Positions 1 through 11,062 of a DNA stretch of 64,000 nucleotides are shown piece by piece. Below the pieces are notes generated by a model that was not told the origin of the DNA, did no database searches, and was given only the letters and a program-made list of their open reading frames with translations. The number at the start of each line of letters is the position of its first letter. The stretch's first letter is position 1. The DNA comes from Deltaproteobacteria bacterium (lineage in GTDB: Bacteria; Myxococcota; Myxococcia; Myxococcales; 40CM-4-68-19), in NCBI GenBank assembly GCA_005879535.1, contig VBKI01000064.1, positions 52,993-116,992 on the forward strand, in the 5' to 3' direction. The position numbers and the translations under genes were made by a program.

Positions 1-242
1 TGTCGCGCAGGCTTGGGGCCATCGGCGGGCGTACCAGCGGGGAGCGCGGCGCGGGTCTACTGCGCGCGCTTCTCCTCGGAGAAGATCTGGCGCCGAAGGT
101 GGTCGCGAAAGCGCGCGAGCTCGGGCTGCTCGTGAACGCTGTGGGGGATCGGGTGGTGCGCCTCGCACCTCCGCTCACAGTGTCCGACGAGGAGATCGAC
201 CGTGCGTCAGAGTTGCTCGCAGAGGCTGTCGTCAAGGCGTAG
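1..242 (+). CDS. 3' end of a class-III PLP aminotransferase (acetylornithine aminotransferase-like); 5' end lies outside the window
   Basis: The frame ending at TAG 240-242 reads ...VRGAGLLRALLLGEDLAPKVVAKARELGLLVNAVGDRVVRLAPPLTVSDEEIDRASELLAEAVVKA*. This is the typical C-terminal block of ArgD/GabT-type aminotransferases. Confidence 0.7.
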   Translation, partial: SRRLGAIGGRTSGERGAGLLRALLLGEDLAPKVVAKARELGLLVNAVGDRVVRLAPPLTVSDEEIDRASELLAEAVVKA

Positions 243-250
243 CAAACCTT

Positions 251-278
251 TTGTGGCGATTGCACGCTGGGATATCTT
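251..278 (+). promoter_or_regulatory. Possible sigma-70-type promoter for the J-protein/Hsp70 operon (TTGTGG-16 nt-TATCTT)
   Basis: Hexamers read by eye in the 81-bp spacer after the aminotransferase stop. This is a local AT-richer patch (gatatcttgcc). No experimental support. Confidence 0.3.
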
Positions 279-323
279 GCCGATACGCGGGGGCTGGAAC
301 GCTCGCGCGCAGGGGGAACCGTT

Positions 324-1262
324 TTGGGTGCGGCGGAAACGAGCCCCGGAGGGATCATCGAGCTTCCGGCCGACATGCAGAACGAGCTGCAGCAGCTGGA
401 GGCGCGCGGGGATCGGCTGACGCACTACGAGCTGCTTGGCGTCGGTGCCGACGCCGACGGTGGTACGGTCCGCCGCGCGTACCTCGAGAAGTCGAAGCGC
501 TTCCACCCCGACGCCTGGTACCGCAAGGAGACCGGCAAGTTCGGGCCACTCCTCTCGAAATGGTTCCAGCGTCTCTCGGCCGCTTACCAGGTGCTGTCCG
601 ACGAGGAGATGCGCGCGGGATACGACCGCGACCATCGGGCGGAGCTTTCGCAGACCGACCGCGTGGCGGTGGAGCGCCGGGAGCTCTCCGTCGCCGAAGA
701 GGAACGCCGCGCACGCGAGCGCCGCGAGCGCCTGCTGCGGACCAAGGGATTCGCCCGCATCGGCGCGGCGCGCAAGCTCTACGAGGAGGCGCTGGAGTCA
801 GTGCTCAACGGCGAGCGCACGCAGGCCATCTTCGCTCTCAAGGCCGCGCGCGAGCTCGATCCGAAGCGGCACGAGATCTCCGCCAAGCTGGTCGAGCTGG
901 AGCGGGAGCAGGCCAAAGCCCGGGCCAATTCGGCGCTCGCGTCCGCCAAGGAACGCGAAGAGAAGCGCCGTTTCCCCGAGGCGATCGCCGCCTATTCGGC
1001 CGCCTTCCAGAACGATCCCGCGAGCTTCGCTGCCGCCGTGGGCGCTGCCCGCTGCGCGATGGAAACGGGCGACGCCCGGGCCGCCACCATCTGGGCGTCC
1101 CGCGCGGTGGAGTTGAATCCCGACGACGGCAGCGCCCGCTGGCTGCTCTCGCGGCTGTTCGTGTCGGCGGGCATGAAGGCGCGAGCGCGGACCGAGCTGG
1201 CCGCGCTTCTCAACAAGAACCCCGATCACAAGGAGGCCAAGGCGCTCCTCCGGACGCTGTAG
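324..1262 (+). CDS. J-domain (DnaJ-like) protein with a C-terminal TPR-like helical half
   Basis: J domain with HPD: [31 protein letters not shown]...[16 protein letters not shown]. The C-terminal half has TPR-like repeats ([34 protein letters not shown]). Start is TTG 324 or ATG 375. The stop lies 7 nt before the Hsp70 gene. Confidence 0.85.
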   Translation: MGAAETSPGGIIELPADMQNELQQLEARGDRLTHYELLGVGADADGGTVRRAYLEKSKRFHPDAWYRKETGKFGPLLSKWFQRLSAAYQVLSDEEMRAGYDRDHRAELSQTDRVAVERRELSVAEEERRARERRERLLRTKGFARIGAARKLYEEALESVLNGERTQAIFALKAARELDPKRHEISAKLVELEREQAKARANSALASAKEREEKRRFPEAIAAYSAAFQNDPASFAAAVGAARCAMETGDARAATIWASRAVELNPDDGSARWLLSRLFVSAGMKARARTELAALLNKNPDHKEAKALLRTL

Positions 1263-1269
1263 GATCACT

Positions 1270-3105
1270 TTGGGCGAGCTGGTCATCGGCATCGATCTCG
1301 GCACCACCAACTCCGTCTGCGCCACGGTGCAGGGCGGCACTCCGACCGTCATTTCCAACCGCAGCGGCTACCGGCTCACCCCCTCCGTGGTGGCGCTGGC
1401 GCGCAACGGGAAACGGCTCGTCGGATCGCTCGCCCGACGCCAGGCGGTCACCAACGCCGAACGCACGGTGGTCGCAGTGAAGCGGCTGATGGGCCGCCGC
1501 TGGTCCGCGAAAATGACGCAGGAAGCCATCCAGCGCATGCCCTACTCGGTGGTGGCGGGCCCGCACGACGACGTGCGCATCACGCTCGGCGAGCAGCAGT
1601 ACTCGCCGCCGGAGATCTCCGCGATGGTCCTCACCGAGTTGCGCCTCGACGCCGAGGCGTTCTTCAACGCGCCGGTGAGCAAGGCGGTCATCACCTGCCC
1701 TGCCTACTTCAACGACTCGCAGCGCAACGCCACCAAGGACGCCGGGCGCATCGCCGGCCTGGAAGTGATCCGGATCATCAACGAGCCCACCTCCGCGGCG
1801 CTCGCCTACGGATTCGGGAAGGCGCAGGCGGAGCGGCAGGTCGCGGTCTTCGATCTGGGCGGCGGCACGTTCGACTTCAGCGTGCTGCACATGTTCAAGG
1901 GCGTGTTCGAAGTCGAGGCGACCGGCGGCGACTCGCTGCTCGGCGGCGAGGACTTCGACAACCGGATCATCGACTTCCTCGCCGAGCCGTTTGCCCAGAA
2001 GCACGGCATCGATCTGCGCAAGGACAAGATGGCGCTGCAGCGCCTGCGCGACGCGGCGGAGAAGGCGAAGTGCGAGCTCAGCTCGCTCAAGCAGGTGGAG
2101 ATCAACCTGCCCTTCATCTCCGCCACGCAGCAGTCCGGACCGCTGCACCTGCAGGCTACGCTCTCCCGCGACCAGCTGGAGGAGATGACGGCCGGGCTGG
2201 TGCAGCGCTGCATGAAGGTCTGCGAGCAGGTGCTCGGGGAAGCCAAGGTGCACGCCGGCCAGCTCGGCGACGTGCTGCTGGTGGGCGGGCAGACGCGGAT
2301 GCCGAAGATCCAGGAAGAAGTGAAGCGCCTCTTCGGCAGGGATCCCGCGAAGAACGTCAACCCGGACGAGGCGGTCGCCCTCGGCGCGGCCATCCAGGGA
2401 GCGATGCTGCTGCACGACGAGCAGGAGATGCTGCTCCTGGACGTGACGCCGCACAGCCTGGGCATCGCCATCGCCGGCGGCTTCTTCCAGAAGATCATCT
2501 CCAAGAACACCACGGTGCCGACCAGCGCGCACCACGTCTTCACCACCGTGAAGGACGATCAGACCTCCGCGAAGATCACCGTGTTGCAGGGCGAGAACGA
2601 AGCGGCGATCGACAACGAGCTGCTCGGCGAGTTCATGCTCACCGGCCTGCGGGCTGCGAAGCGAGGAGCGGTCGACATCGACGTCATCTTCGACATCAGC
2701 GCGGACGGCATCGTCTCGGTTTCCGCCATCGACATGCAGACGGGGACGCGCCAGAGCATCACCGTCACCGCTTCTTCGGGCCTGACCGAGGACGAGATCC
2801 GGAAGGCGACCCAGTCCAACGAGGACTGGATGCTTGCCCAGAAGGAGGACCCCGAGTTCCAGGACCACAAGACGCGGGCGGAGGAGCTGTTCCGCGAGTT
2901 CGAGGCGCTCTGGCCCCGCCTCACGCGGGCGGCCCAGAACGGCCTCGGTCAGGAGCCTCTGCAGCGCGCACAGGCGGCGCTCTCCGTGGCGCGCCTGCAG
3001 CTTGCGCAGCGCGAGAGCGAGGCACTGGCGGGTTCTCTGGACCGCCTCGAGCGCATGCTGGAAGCGCTCAAGGGCGCGCTCGCGCGCAGCACTGGAGGTC
3101 GCTAG
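1270..3105 (+). CDS. Hsp70-family chaperone (DnaK paralog, 611 aa)
   Basis: Carries [29 protein letters not shown] and [11 protein letters not shown] ATPase motifs, followed by a beta-sandwich substrate domain and a helical lid. AGGA sits 5 nt upstream of TTG 1270. Confidence 0.95.
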   Translation: MGELVIGIDLGTTNSVCATVQGGTPTVISNRSGYRLTPSVVALARNGKRLVGSLARRQAVTNAERTVVAVKRLMGRRWSAKMTQEAIQRMPYSVVAGPHDDVRITLGEQQYSPPEISAMVLTELRLDAEAFFNAPVSKAVITCPAYFNDSQRNATKDAGRIAGLEVIRIINEPTSAALAYGFGKAQAERQVAVFDLGGGTFDFSVLHMFKGVFEVEATGGDSLLGGEDFDNRIIDFLAEPFAQKHGIDLRKDKMALQRLRDAAEKAKCELSSLKQVEINLPFISATQQSGPLHLQATLSRDQLEEMTAGLVQRCMKVCEQVLGEAKVHAGQLGDVLLVGGQTRMPKIQEEVKRLFGRDPAKNVNPDEAVALGAAIQGAMLLHDEQEMLLLDVTPHSLGIAIAGGFFQKIISKNTTVPTSAHHVFTTVKDDQTSAKITVLQGENEAAIDNELLGEFMLTGLRAAKRGAVDIDVIFDISADGIVSVSAIDMQTGTRQSITVTASSGLTEDEIRKATQSNEDWMLAQKEDPEFQDHKTRAEELFREFEALWPRLTRAAQNGLGQEPLQRAQAALSVARLQLAQRESEALAGSLDRLERMLEALKGALARSTGGR

Positions 3106-4044
3106 ATGGCCCTCCAGGGCGGCGGCGGCCGCTTTTCAGCCCTGCTTCTCGAGGGTCTCGATCATTACCGCAAGGGCAAGATGCTCGACGCGGTGCGCGC
3201 CTGGGAAGAGGCTTACCTGCTCGAGCCGACCAATCTGCGCGCGCGCGAGTTCCTGCGTTCGGCGCTGGAGCGCATCCATGCGGTCATGGCCCCGGGTGGG
3301 CGCGCAACAGCTCCGAACGGGTCTGCTCCGCACCCGTGGCTCCCGTCCCAGCCGGCGGCCGCGGCACCCGCTACGCCCGCCGCTGCACCAGCTCCGCGGC
3401 AGGCCGCGAAGCCTGCTGCACCGGATCCGAAGGCAAAGAAAGCGAAGCCCGGAGCGACGCCCGGACAGCGTCCGCCTCCCGCCGCGAATCCGCCCGCGCC
3501 TCCGCAGAGCCCATGGGACGACGGACCGTCACTCGCCATCCCGCAGCCGGAGACCGGCGACAGCGGCGGCGGAGCCTGGTCCATCCATGCGGAGACGCTT
3601 CCGAGCGCCGCTGTGTCCGACGACGAGACCGACGTCTGGATGCGCGGCGCGCGCGAGCTGGTCGCGCTCAACGACTTCTCCGGCGCGCTGGAGCTCCTGA
3701 ACAAGGTGCTGGACCGAAAGCCCAACGACAAGGATGCACTCCAGCTCTACGATGTCTGTGAGCAGAACCTGACGCTGATGTACGAGAGCAAGATCGGCGC
3801 GATGGATGCGCGGCCCCGCACCGCCATTCCGCCGGACGAGATCATCTGGCTGAACCTCGATCCGCGCGCCGGATTCGTGCTGGCCCAGATCGACGGCGAG
3901 GTCTCCTTCGAGGACCTCTACGCGATCTGCGGCCTCAAGCGGCTGGACACCGCGCGCATCCTCTGCGAGCTGCTCGAGCAGGGGGTCGTGCAGGTCGAGG
4001 GCCGCGATCAGGCGGTCGCCAAGCGCGCAATGCCGCGCCGCTAG
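3106..4044 (+). CDS. TPR-like / Pro-Ala-rich linker protein with an uncharacterised C-terminal globular domain
   Basis: The ATG directly follows the Hsp70 stop (TAGATG). It has an N-terminal TPR-like pair (DAVRAWEEAYLLEPTNLRAREFL), a low-complexity linker of about 130 aa, a second TPR-like segment (FSGALELLNKVLDRKPNDKDAL), and a C-terminal domain IIWLNLDPRAGFVLAQIDGEVSFEDLYAICGL. No catalytic motif was recognised. Confidence 0.75.
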   Translation: MALQGGGGRFSALLLEGLDHYRKGKMLDAVRAWEEAYLLEPTNLRAREFLRSALERIHAVMAPGGRATAPNGSAPHPWLPSQPAAAAPATPAAAPAPRQAAKPAAPDPKAKKAKPGATPGQRPPPAANPPAPPQSPWDDGPSLAIPQPETGDSGGGAWSIHAETLPSAAVSDDETDVWMRGARELVALNDFSGALELLNKVLDRKPNDKDALQLYDVCEQNLTLMYESKIGAMDARPRTAIPPDEIIWLNLDPRAGFVLAQIDGEVSFEDLYAICGLKRLDTARILCELLEQGVVQVEGRDQAVAKRAMPRR

Positions 4045-4176
4045 CTCAACCAGGATGTTCGACCGCAGATCACACGACCCAACAAGCCCGGCGACTACGT
4101 CTTCAGCTTCGTCACGCTGGGCGTGCGGCTCTCTCTCTGACCCACGCCACCGCCATGCGGGGACGCTCCGTTGGTC

Positions 4177-5490
4177 TCAGAGGATGTATCGCGAAAGGTC
4201 TTCGTCCTTGAGGACGCGGTCGAGCTTGTCGCGGACGTAGGACGCGTCGACGCGGACCGATTTCCCGGCGAAGTCCGGCGCGGCAAACGAGACGTCCTCG
4301 AGGACCTTCTCCAGCACGGTGTGGAGCCGGCGGGCGCCGATGTTCTGCGTCCGCGTGTTCATGTCCTGGGCGACGCGGGCCAGCTCCTCGATGCCGCTCG
4401 CGTCGAAGACCAGCTCGACTCCTTCCGCGCCGAGCAGCGCCGTGTACTGTCGCGTGAGCGCGTTGCGCGGCTCCGCCAGGATGCGCACCAGGTCCGCCTG
4501 CGAGAGCGCCTCCAGCTCGACGCGGATGGGAAAGCGCCCCTGCAGCTCCGGCAACAGATCGCTCACCTTCGCCAGGTGGAAGGCGCCGGCGGCAATGAAC
4601 AGCACGTGGTCGGTCTTGACCGGGCCGTATTTCGTGTTCACCGTGCTCCCTTCGACGATGGGCAGCAGATCGCGCTGGACGCCGCCCCGGGAGACGTCGG
4701 GCCCGTGCGCCTGCCCCGAGGGCAGCGCCACCTTGTCGATCTCGTCGATGAACACGATCCCGTTCGACTGCACCCGTTCCAGCGCCTCGCGCGCCAGGCT
4801 GTCCTTGTCGACGAGCTTCTCCCCCTCGTCCTGCGCGAGCACGCGCCGCGCCTCGGGGACGGAGAGCTTTCGCTTCTTGCTCTTCTTTCCGAAGGGAAGG
4901 TTTCCCAGCATCTCCTGGAGATTGAGGCCCATCTCCTCCATCCCCTGCGAGCCGAAGATCTGCATGGTGGGAGCGGCGCGCTCCTGCACGTCCACTTCCA
5001 CGGAGCGGTCGTCCAGGCCGCCGGCGCGGAGCATCCCGCGCAGCTTCTCGCGGGTGGAGTCGCGCGACCCCGGCAGGAGCAGATCAAGCAGCCTCTCCTC
5101 GGCCATCTCCTCCGCCCGCGGCTGGACCTCGCGCTGCCGCTCCTCGCGCACGAGCGCCACGCCGGCCTCGACGAGGTCGCGGATCATCGAGTCGACGTCT
5201 TTTCCGACGTAGCCGACCTCGGTGAACTTCGACGCCTCCACCTTGACGAAAGGCGCGCCCGCGAGCCGCGCCAGCCGGCGCGCGATCTCCGTCTTGCCCA
5301 CGCCCGTCGGGCCCACCAGGATGATGTTCTTCGGCATCACCTCGTCGCGCAGCTCGGGGGTAAGCCGGAACCGCCGCCACCGGTTGCGCAGCGCGATGGC
5401 CACGGCGCGCTTCGCGGCGTCCTGCCCGACGATGTAGCGGTCCAGCTCCGCGACGATCTCGCGCGGCGTCAGATCTTTTCCGGCGGTCAT
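4177..5490 (-). CDS. hslU: ATP-dependent protease ATPase subunit HslU
   Basis: N-terminus [34 protein letters not shown] and Walker [16 protein letters not shown]. At 437 aa, the length and layout are typical of HslU. Confidence 0.97.
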   Translation of the reverse strand: MTAGKDLTPREIVAELDRYIVGQDAAKRAVAIALRNRWRRFRLTPELRDEVMPKNIILVGPTGVGKTEIARRLARLAGAPFVKVEASKFTEVGYVGKDVDSMIRDLVEAGVALVREERQREVQPRAEEMAEERLLDLLLPGSRDSTREKLRGMLRAGGLDDRSVEVDVQERAAPTMQIFGSQGMEEMGLNLQEMLGNLPFGKKSKKRKLSVPEARRVLAQDEGEKLVDKDSLAREALERVQSNGIVFIDEIDKVALPSGQAHGPDVSRGGVQRDLLPIVEGSTVNTKYGPVKTDHVLFIAAGAFHLAKVSDLLPELQGRFPIRVELEALSQADLVRILAEPRNALTRQYTALLGAEGVELVFDASGIEELARVAQDMNTRTQNIGARRLHTVLEKVLEDVSFAAPDFAGKSVRVDASYVRDKLDRVLKDEDLSRYIL

Positions 5491-5494
5491 GAGA

Positions 5495-6025
5495 TCACAG
5501 TTCCTCGATGGAGATCTGATCGTTGGTGTAGATGCAGATGCGCCCGGCGATGCGCAGCGACTCCTCGACGACCTGGCGCGCGCCGAGCTGCGAATGAGCC
5601 AGGAGCGCCACGGCGGCCGCTTGCGCGAAAGGACCGCCGCTGCCGATGGCGGCGACGCCGTCGTCGGGCTCCACCACGTCTCCGGTGCCCGACAGGATCA
5701 GGGTGCGCTCCTTGTCGGCGACCACCAGCAGCGCCTCGAGCCGCCGCAGGAACCGATCGGTGCGCCAGTCCTTGGCGAGCTCGACCGCTGCCCGCGCGAG
5801 GTTCTTGTTGAAATCCTTCAGCTTTCCCTCGAAGCGGTCGAACAGGGTGAAGGCGTCGGCTGTGGCGCCTGCGAAGCCCGCCAGCACCGACCCGTCGCCG
5901 AGCCGCCGCAGCTTCCTCGCGCCGTGCTTCATCACCGTCTTGTCGAGCGTGACCTGCCCGTCCGCGCCGAGGGCAACCTTCCCGTCCTTGCGCACGCAAA
6001 CGACCGTCGTCGACCGGATCTTCAT
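5495..6025 (-). CDS. hslV: ATP-dependent protease subunit HslV
   Basis: The internal ATG at 6025 gives a 176-aa protein starting [26 protein letters not shown] (catalytic Thr region), with [13 protein letters not shown] further in. The upstream 91 codons of ORF 5495..6298 are Arg/Ala-rich noise. The stop lies 4 nt before the hslU ATG. Confidence 0.95.
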   Translation of the reverse strand: MKIRSTTVVCVRKDGKVALGADGQVTLDKTVMKHGARKLRRLGDGSVLAGFAGATADAFTLFDRFEGKLKDFNKNLARAAVELAKDWRTDRFLRRLEALLVVADKERTLILSGTGDVVEPDDGVAAIGSGGPFAQAAAVALLAHSQLGARQVVEESLRIAGRICIYTNDQISIEEL

Positions 6026-6080
6026 CGCGCGCCGATGGTAACGCTGCGCCCCGATGCGTGCGATGGTACCTTGACCGGCA

Positions 6081-7106
6081 ATGTCCGGCTCCGACGCGAT
6101 CATCCTTTTCGGCGGGACCAGCAACGAGCGCCGCGTTTCCGTGGCCTCCGCGCAACATGTCGCCGCGGTGCTCGGCGAGGCGGAGGCCTGGTTCCTCGCT
6201 CCGAGCGGAGCGGTGCATCGGGTGACCCGCGAAGAATTGGCCGCCTTCGAGCGCCCTTTCGAGCGCGACTTCAAACCGGCGGCGCCGGCAGCGTTCACTT
6301 CGGTCGTGGCCGCGCTCGAGAGTCAGCCGTCGCGCGTGTTTCTCCTCGCCCTGCACGGGGGCGAAGGCGAAGACGGCACCATCCAGCGCATGCTCGAGGC
6401 GCGCCGGATCGCTTTCACCGGTCCCGGGGCGGACGCGTCGGCGCGGGCCTTCGACAAGGAGGTGGCGAAGCAGGTGGCCAGCGGCGCCGGCGTGCGCATC
6501 GCCCGTTCGGTGCATCTCTCGAAGGATCCCAAGGTCCTGCGCAACGAGCTCGGGGAGATGCTCGCGATCTACCGGCGCATCGTGGTCAAGCCGGTGGCCG
6601 GAGGCAGCAGCGTCGGCCTGTACCATGTGGCATCCGCGGAGGAAGCGGAGCGGGCCGCGCGGGGGATCGACGAGTCGGGGGAAGCCTGTCTCGCCGAGGA
6701 ATTCGTCAGCGGCACCGAGCTGACCGTGGGGATCGTCGACGGGCCGTCCGGACCGCGTGCGTTGCCGGCGAGCGAGGTGCGCCTCGAGGAAGGACGTGCG
6801 TTCGATTACGAGGGGAAATATCTGGGCAAGGGCACTCGAGAGATCACGCCTGCGGAAGTTCCTGCCGCGGTATCCCGGGCGGCGCAGGACCTGGCGGTCG
6901 CCGCGCACCAGGCGCTCGGGTGCGAGGGGTACTCGAGAACGGACGCGATCGTTTCCGCCAAAGGACCCGTGTTCCTCGAGCTCAACACGCTGCCGGGCCT
7001 CACCCGCGCGTCGTTCCTGCCGCAGCAGCTCGCCGCCGAGGGGACCTCGATGCTCTCGTTCCTCGAAGGCCAGCTCGCCATCGCCCGCAGACGCCGGGAC
7101 CGGTAA
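6081..7106 (+). CDS. ddl: D-alanine--D-alanine ligase (ATP-grasp)
   Basis: [19 protein letters not shown]-terminus and [11 protein letters not shown]. The omega-loop [11 protein letters not shown] retains Lys-Tyr, which indicates the D-Ala-D-Ala type. The C-terminus reads ELNTLPGLT. Confidence 0.9.
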   Translation: MSGSDAIILFGGTSNERRVSVASAQHVAAVLGEAEAWFLAPSGAVHRVTREELAAFERPFERDFKPAAPAAFTSVVAALESQPSRVFLLALHGGEGEDGTIQRMLEARRIAFTGPGADASARAFDKEVAKQVASGAGVRIARSVHLSKDPKVLRNELGEMLAIYRRIVVKPVAGGSSVGLYHVASAEEAERAARGIDESGEACLAEEFVSGTELTVGIVDGPSGPRALPASEVRLEEGRAFDYEGKYLGKGTREITPAEVPAAVSRAAQDLAVAAHQALGCEGYSRTDAIVSAKGPVFLELNTLPGLTRASFLPQQLAAEGTSMLSFLEGQLAIARRRRDR

Positions 7107-7109
7107 GCC

Positions 7110-7985
7110 CTACTTCTTGTGCGCTCTCGGGTGGGCGTCTTCGTATGCCTGCAGCAGCCGCTCGGCGGAGACGTGCGTGTATCGTTGTGTCGTCGACAGC
7201 GACGCGTGGCCGAGCAGCTCCTGGATTCCCCGCAAGTCCGCGCCCATGTCGAGCAAGTGGGTGGCGAAGCTGTGGCGGAGCGCATGCGGGTGCACGTGCC
7301 GGCGCGCTCCGGCGATCAGCGCATACTTTGCCAGATGCCGGGCGACGCTGCGCACCGTCAGCCGCGTCCCGCGGCGGTTGAGGAACAGCGCCGTTCCCGA
7401 CGGCCGCAGCTCCGCGCGCCGCGCGAGGTACGCGTCGAGCGCGCCGCGCGCCTTGCGCAAGAGTGGAACGATGCGCTCCCTTCCGCCCTTCCCGCGCACG
7501 CGCAGCGAATCCTGCGTGACGTCATCGAGATTCAGGCCTACGAGCTCCGAGACGCGCAGGCCCGCGCCGTAGAGCAGCTCGAGCGCCGCCCGATCGCGCA
7601 GGCCAGCTGCGCTTCGCGAGGAGGGTGCGGCGACGATGGCGAAGCAGTCGTCGACGGAGACGACATTGGGCAGCGAGACACGCCGCTTCGGGAACGCCAG
7701 CCGGCGCGCCGGGCTGTCTGCGATGTGACCCATGCGCACGCGGTGCTCGTAGAACGCCCGCAGGCTCGACTGCTTGCGCGCAAGCGTGGCCGGTGTGTTG
7801 GCGGAGTAGCGGGAGGCGAGGAATGCCCGCAGGTCGTCGCGCGTCGCCGCATCGAGCGAAATCCCGCGCTCGTCGAGGAAGGCCGCAAGCTGCCGCAGAT
7901 CGGAGACGTACGCCCGCTCGGTGTGGGCAGAGGCGCGCTCCACCCGCGCCAGGTGGGCCGCGAAGGCGTCGATCTCCGGATTCAT
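7110..7985 (-). CDS. xerC: Tyrosine recombinase XerC-type
   Basis: C-terminal catalytic block HALRHSFATHLLDMGADLRGIQELLGHASLSTTQRYTHV...AHPRA. The likely start is MNPEIDAFAAHLARVERASAHTERAYVSDL at 7985. The gene sits in the conserved trmFO-xerC-hslVU context. Confidence 0.9.
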   Translation of the reverse strand: MNPEIDAFAAHLARVERASAHTERAYVSDLRQLAAFLDERGISLDAATRDDLRAFLASRYSANTPATLARKQSSLRAFYEHRVRMGHIADSPARRLAFPKRRVSLPNVVSVDDCFAIVAAPSSRSAAGLRDRAALELLYGAGLRVSELVGLNLDDVTQDSLRVRGKGGRERIVPLLRKARGALDAYLARRAELRPSGTALFLNRRGTRLTVRSVARHLAKYALIAGARRHVHPHALRHSFATHLLDMGADLRGIQELLGHASLSTTQRYTHVSAERLLQAYEDAHPRAHKK

Positions 7986-8004
7986 GCCGGGCATCCTGCC
8001 GGCG

Positions 8005-9459
8005 TCAGGGAACGTCCGCCAGAAACACGCCGGACCGTCCGGCGGCGACGATGGCGTAGACGACATGCTTGCCTGCATCGTCCGCGAAGCGCGAGGTCGG
8101 ATCGACCTCCTCCGCCAGCGGCTTGAGCCGGTCCATCGGCGACCCGGCGGCGGAAATCACCGCCACGTCGACGGCGCGAGGCGCGCCGCGGTGCGGCTGC
8201 TGCACCAGGATGCGCATGCCGTCGCGCGAGAGATCGAATCCCGCCACGTTGGCGGCGAGGAGCTCCGGCGCGCCGCCGGAAAACGGCGCGCGCAGCAGCG
8301 AGCAGCTCCTCGAGCCGCCCGCGCAGCGCGCCTTGTAATAGAGGGTTGCGCCGTCGGGCGAGAGCGCCCAGCCGTAGACTCCTTCGTCGAGCCGGTGCGG
8401 CTCGCCGCGCGGCGCGGCCAGGTCGATGCCCCACAGCTCGAGCTTGAAGTCGCCCTTCTGCGGCGCCTGGACGACATACAGCAGGCGGCGGCCGAACACG
8501 GAGAAGCTTTGCACCTTCGCGGCGATCTCCCGGGCGGCACCGCCAGGGCCAATCGCCGTCAGCGTCCCCGCTCGCGCCCGGAGATCGTACCGGGCAAGGC
8601 AGAGCAGATCGCCGCCCGCTCCCCAGCGCCAGTCGATCACCCGCGTCGCGGCGAGGCGCGGCAAGCCGCCCGATCTCGGCATCCGGTAGAGATCGCCGGC
8701 CGCCTCGCCGGGCTGCTTCTCCGTCGAGAACAGCGCCAGCTCCCTGCCGTCCGGCGAGAACGCAAACGCGGTTGCGGTGGCAATTGGCCTGCCGTCGACG
8801 AGGAGCGGCCGGTCTCCACCCTTGGGCGGCGGGGGCCCGAGAGCAGCGAGCGCGCCATCGGAAGCGAAAGCGAAATCAGAGGTGGCGACCGCGATCTTCT
8901 GCGCCGTCCCCGAGAGCGGATCGATGGTCCAGAGCGTCCCGCCCGATGCCGCGGACGTACGCGCCGCCACGCGCCTGCCGTCCGGGGACCAGGAGATCGC
9001 CTGCAGCGCGGAGAGCGCGACCGTCTTCCCGCCGATGCCCAGGACGTCCCTGCCCGCAAATGCGAGCTCTCCGTGCGGCGACCAGGCAAACGCGCGCGCC
9101 GCGTGCGCCACGAGGCGCGGCGCGACTCCCGGCGCCGCCGTCCACAGCTCGCCCTCCCCGTCGCGAAATCGCCAGCGGGCAAGGAAGGCCAGCTCGCCTC
9201 CCCGGGGCGAGAACGCATAGGCCCCGTCCTGCGCCGAGACACCGGAGCCGACCTTGGCATCGTCGAGCCAGAGATCTCCCGCGAGCAGATCGTCGGGAAC
9301 GCCGCGGTCGTCTGGATGGGTGGCGTCGAGCAGGAACGCCACTGCGCCGTCGCGGGCAATCAATCCGCGCGCGACGCCGGACGCGAGCTTGCGCCCTGGA
9401 GGCGCCTGCGTGCAGGCGATGCACAGCGCGACTACGGCCGCAGTTCGGTCGAAGCGCAT
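8005..9459 (-). CDS. Lipoprotein with WD40-like (PD40/TolB-type) beta-propeller repeats
   Basis: The internal ATG at 9459 gives [16 protein letters not shown] (lipobox). Motifs of the form FSPDG/WSPDG/LSPDG..LAF recur through 484 aa. The upstream part of ORF 8005..9891 overlaps trmFO and is rejected. Confidence 0.75.
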   Translation of the reverse strand: MRFDRTAAVVALCIACTQAPPGRKLASGVARGLIARDGAVAFLLDATHPDDRGVPDDLLAGDLWLDDAKVGSGVSAQDGAYAFSPRGGELAFLARWRFRDGEGELWTAAPGVAPRLVAHAARAFAWSPHGELAFAGRDVLGIGGKTVALSALQAISWSPDGRRVAARTSAASGGTLWTIDPLSGTAQKIAVATSDFAFASDGALAALGPPPPKGGDRPLLVDGRPIATATAFAFSPDGRELALFSTEKQPGEAAGDLYRMPRSGGLPRLAATRVIDWRWGAGGDLLCLARYDLRARAGTLTAIGPGGAAREIAAKVQSFSVFGRRLLYVVQAPQKGDFKLELWGIDLAAPRGEPHRLDEGVYGWALSPDGATLYYKARCAGGSRSCSLLRAPFSGGAPELLAANVAGFDLSRDGMRILVQQPHRGAPRAVDVAVISAAGSPMDRLKPLAEEVDPTSRFADDAGKHVVYAIVAAGRSGVFLADVP

Positions 9460-10808
9460 GGTGCCGGTTCGGGGCGCAGCGCAATATCCTGCTCTGCCGC
9501 CCAAGTCGCGAGATCGCGCCGCGCCCGTGCGACCATGCGCGGCTTGCGCTCGTGCTTGCGATGCGGATCCGGCAGCGGCGGAAAGAGCGCGAAGACGACG
9601 TTGGTCGGTTGGTACTCGTAATCGTCGGGATGGGCCTCGCCGGTCACGTGCCGCAGGAGCGCCCCGATGGCGGTGGTGCCCGGCGGCGGCGAGAGCTCCG
9701 TTCCGCGAAGGCGGGCGAGGATGCGGCGGGCGGCGACGTGCCCGGATGCGGCGCTCTCCACGTAACCCTCGACGCCGGTGATCTGGCCGGCACAGTAGAC
9801 GTGCCGCAGGGCCTTCAGCGAACCGTCTGCGGCAATCGCGCTGGGAGCGTTCAGGAAGGTGTTGCGATGAACCTGGCCGAGACGGATCCACTCCGCATTG
9901 CGCAGCCCGGGAACGAAGCTTGCGAAGATGCGCTTCTGCTCCGGCCAGGTGAGCCGCGTCTGGAACCCCACCAGGTTCCAGGCGGTCCCCGCCTTGTCTT
10001 CACGCCGCAGCTGCACCACGGCGTGCGGCCGCTTTCCGGTATGTGGATCGGTCAGCCCCACGGGCTTCATCGGACCGAAGGCAAGGGTGTCGCGGCCGCG
10101 CTCGGCCATCACCTCGATGGGAAGGCACCCTTCGAAATACCGCGCTTCCTCGAACGCATGTGGCGCGACCTTCTGCCCGCGCAGCAGCTCGTCGACGAAA
10201 CGCTCGTACTCGTCGCGCGCCAGAGGAAGATTCAGGTAATCGGCGCCTTCGCCCTTCCCGTACCGCGACTGGGCGAAGGCGATGGAGCGGTCCACCGAGT
10301 CGCCGGCCACGATCGGAGCGATGGCGTCGTAGAACGCGAGCTGCGAAGCGCCAACCGCCTGTGCGAGGGAACGCGCGAGCTCCTCTCCGGTAAGCGGGCC
10401 CGTGGCGACGATGCAAAGATCCGGCGCCGGGGGAAGCTCGCGAACTTCGCCGGAAGCGACGCGGAGGCGCGGATGCTCGCGCACTCGCGCCGTCAGGCCT
10501 GAGCTGAACTTCACGCGGTCGACCGCGAGCGCGTCGCCGGCCGGGACCCGGGCGCGGTCTGCCTGTGCGAGCACCGGCGACCCCAGGCGGCGTAGCTCCT
10601 CATGGAGCAGCCCGATGGCGTTGTGCGGATTGTCGGACCGCATCGAATTGGAACAGACGAGCTCCGCCAGCCCGTCCTCTTTGTGGGCGGGCGAGCGCCG
10701 CTGCGGCTTCTGCTCGTGGAGAACGACGTCGATTCCGGCATCCGCGAGCAGGAGCGCCGCCTCCGTCCCCGCCAGACCGCCGCCGATGATGTGGACGTCG
10801 CGCTGCAT
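9432..10808 (-). CDS. trmFO: Methylenetetrahydrofolate--tRNA-(uracil-5)-methyltransferase TrmFO (Gid)
   Basis: [21 protein letters not shown]-binding fold and [10 protein letters not shown]. The 458-aa length and overall layout fit TrmFO. Confidence 0.95.
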   Translation of the reverse strand: MQRDVHIIGGGLAGTEAALLLADAGIDVVLHEQKPQRRSPAHKEDGLAELVCSNSMRSDNPHNAIGLLHEELRRLGSPVLAQADRARVPAGDALAVDRVKFSSGLTARVREHPRLRVASGEVRELPPAPDLCIVATGPLTGEELARSLAQAVGASQLAFYDAIAPIVAGDSVDRSIAFAQSRYGKGEGADYLNLPLARDEYERFVDELLRGQKVAPHAFEEARYFEGCLPIEVMAERGRDTLAFGPMKPVGLTDPHTGKRPHAVVQLRREDKAGTAWNLVGFQTRLTWPEQKRIFASFVPGLRNAEWIRLGQVHRNTFLNAPSAIAADGSLKALRHVYCAGQITGVEGYVESAASGHVAARRILARLRGTELSPPPGTTAIGALLRHVTGEAHPDDYEYQPTNVVFALFPPLPDPHRKHERKPRMVARARRDLATWAAEQDIALRPEPAPCASTELRP

Positions 10809-11062
10809 CCGCGGGCGTTGCTATACGGCAACGTCAGCGCTGGCAAGCTCGGAAACGCCCCGCAGTCCGGCCGGGTCACGCCCACGACCCGTCGACCGAG
10901 CCCACCGTCACCGCGGGGATCGAATCCCCACCGCGAGCACCGGCGCGGCTGCGGAACGCACATCAAGCTAAGGCGGGGCGCGCCAGCCGCAACAGACTAG
11001 CTGGCGGGCGTTCAGGGGAACAGCATCGCCGGATGAGACCCGACCAGGGGCCGCGCTCGTCG

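Noticed and set aside
5495-6298. Long (267-aa) form of HslV.
   Set aside because: The extra 91 N-terminal residues overlap the divergent ddl gene and are noise. HslV homology starts at the internal ATG at 6025.
7110-7985. Tyrosine recombinase as a marker of an integrated mobile element.
   Set aside because: It sits in the conserved trmFO-xerC-hslVU housekeeping context and has XerC-like C-terminal motifs. No flanking tRNA, direct repeats, phage genes or transfer genes are present.
10905-10950. tRNA-like T-arm (ggggatcgaatcccc followed by ...gcgagcacc) in the topA/trmFO spacer.
   Set aside because: No acceptor stem complement, D-arm or anticodon arm could be built upstream. The loop reads ATCGAAT (A at position 54), and the element is better described as a simple 6-bp hairpin. 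It is possibly a degenerate remnant but not a tRNA gene.
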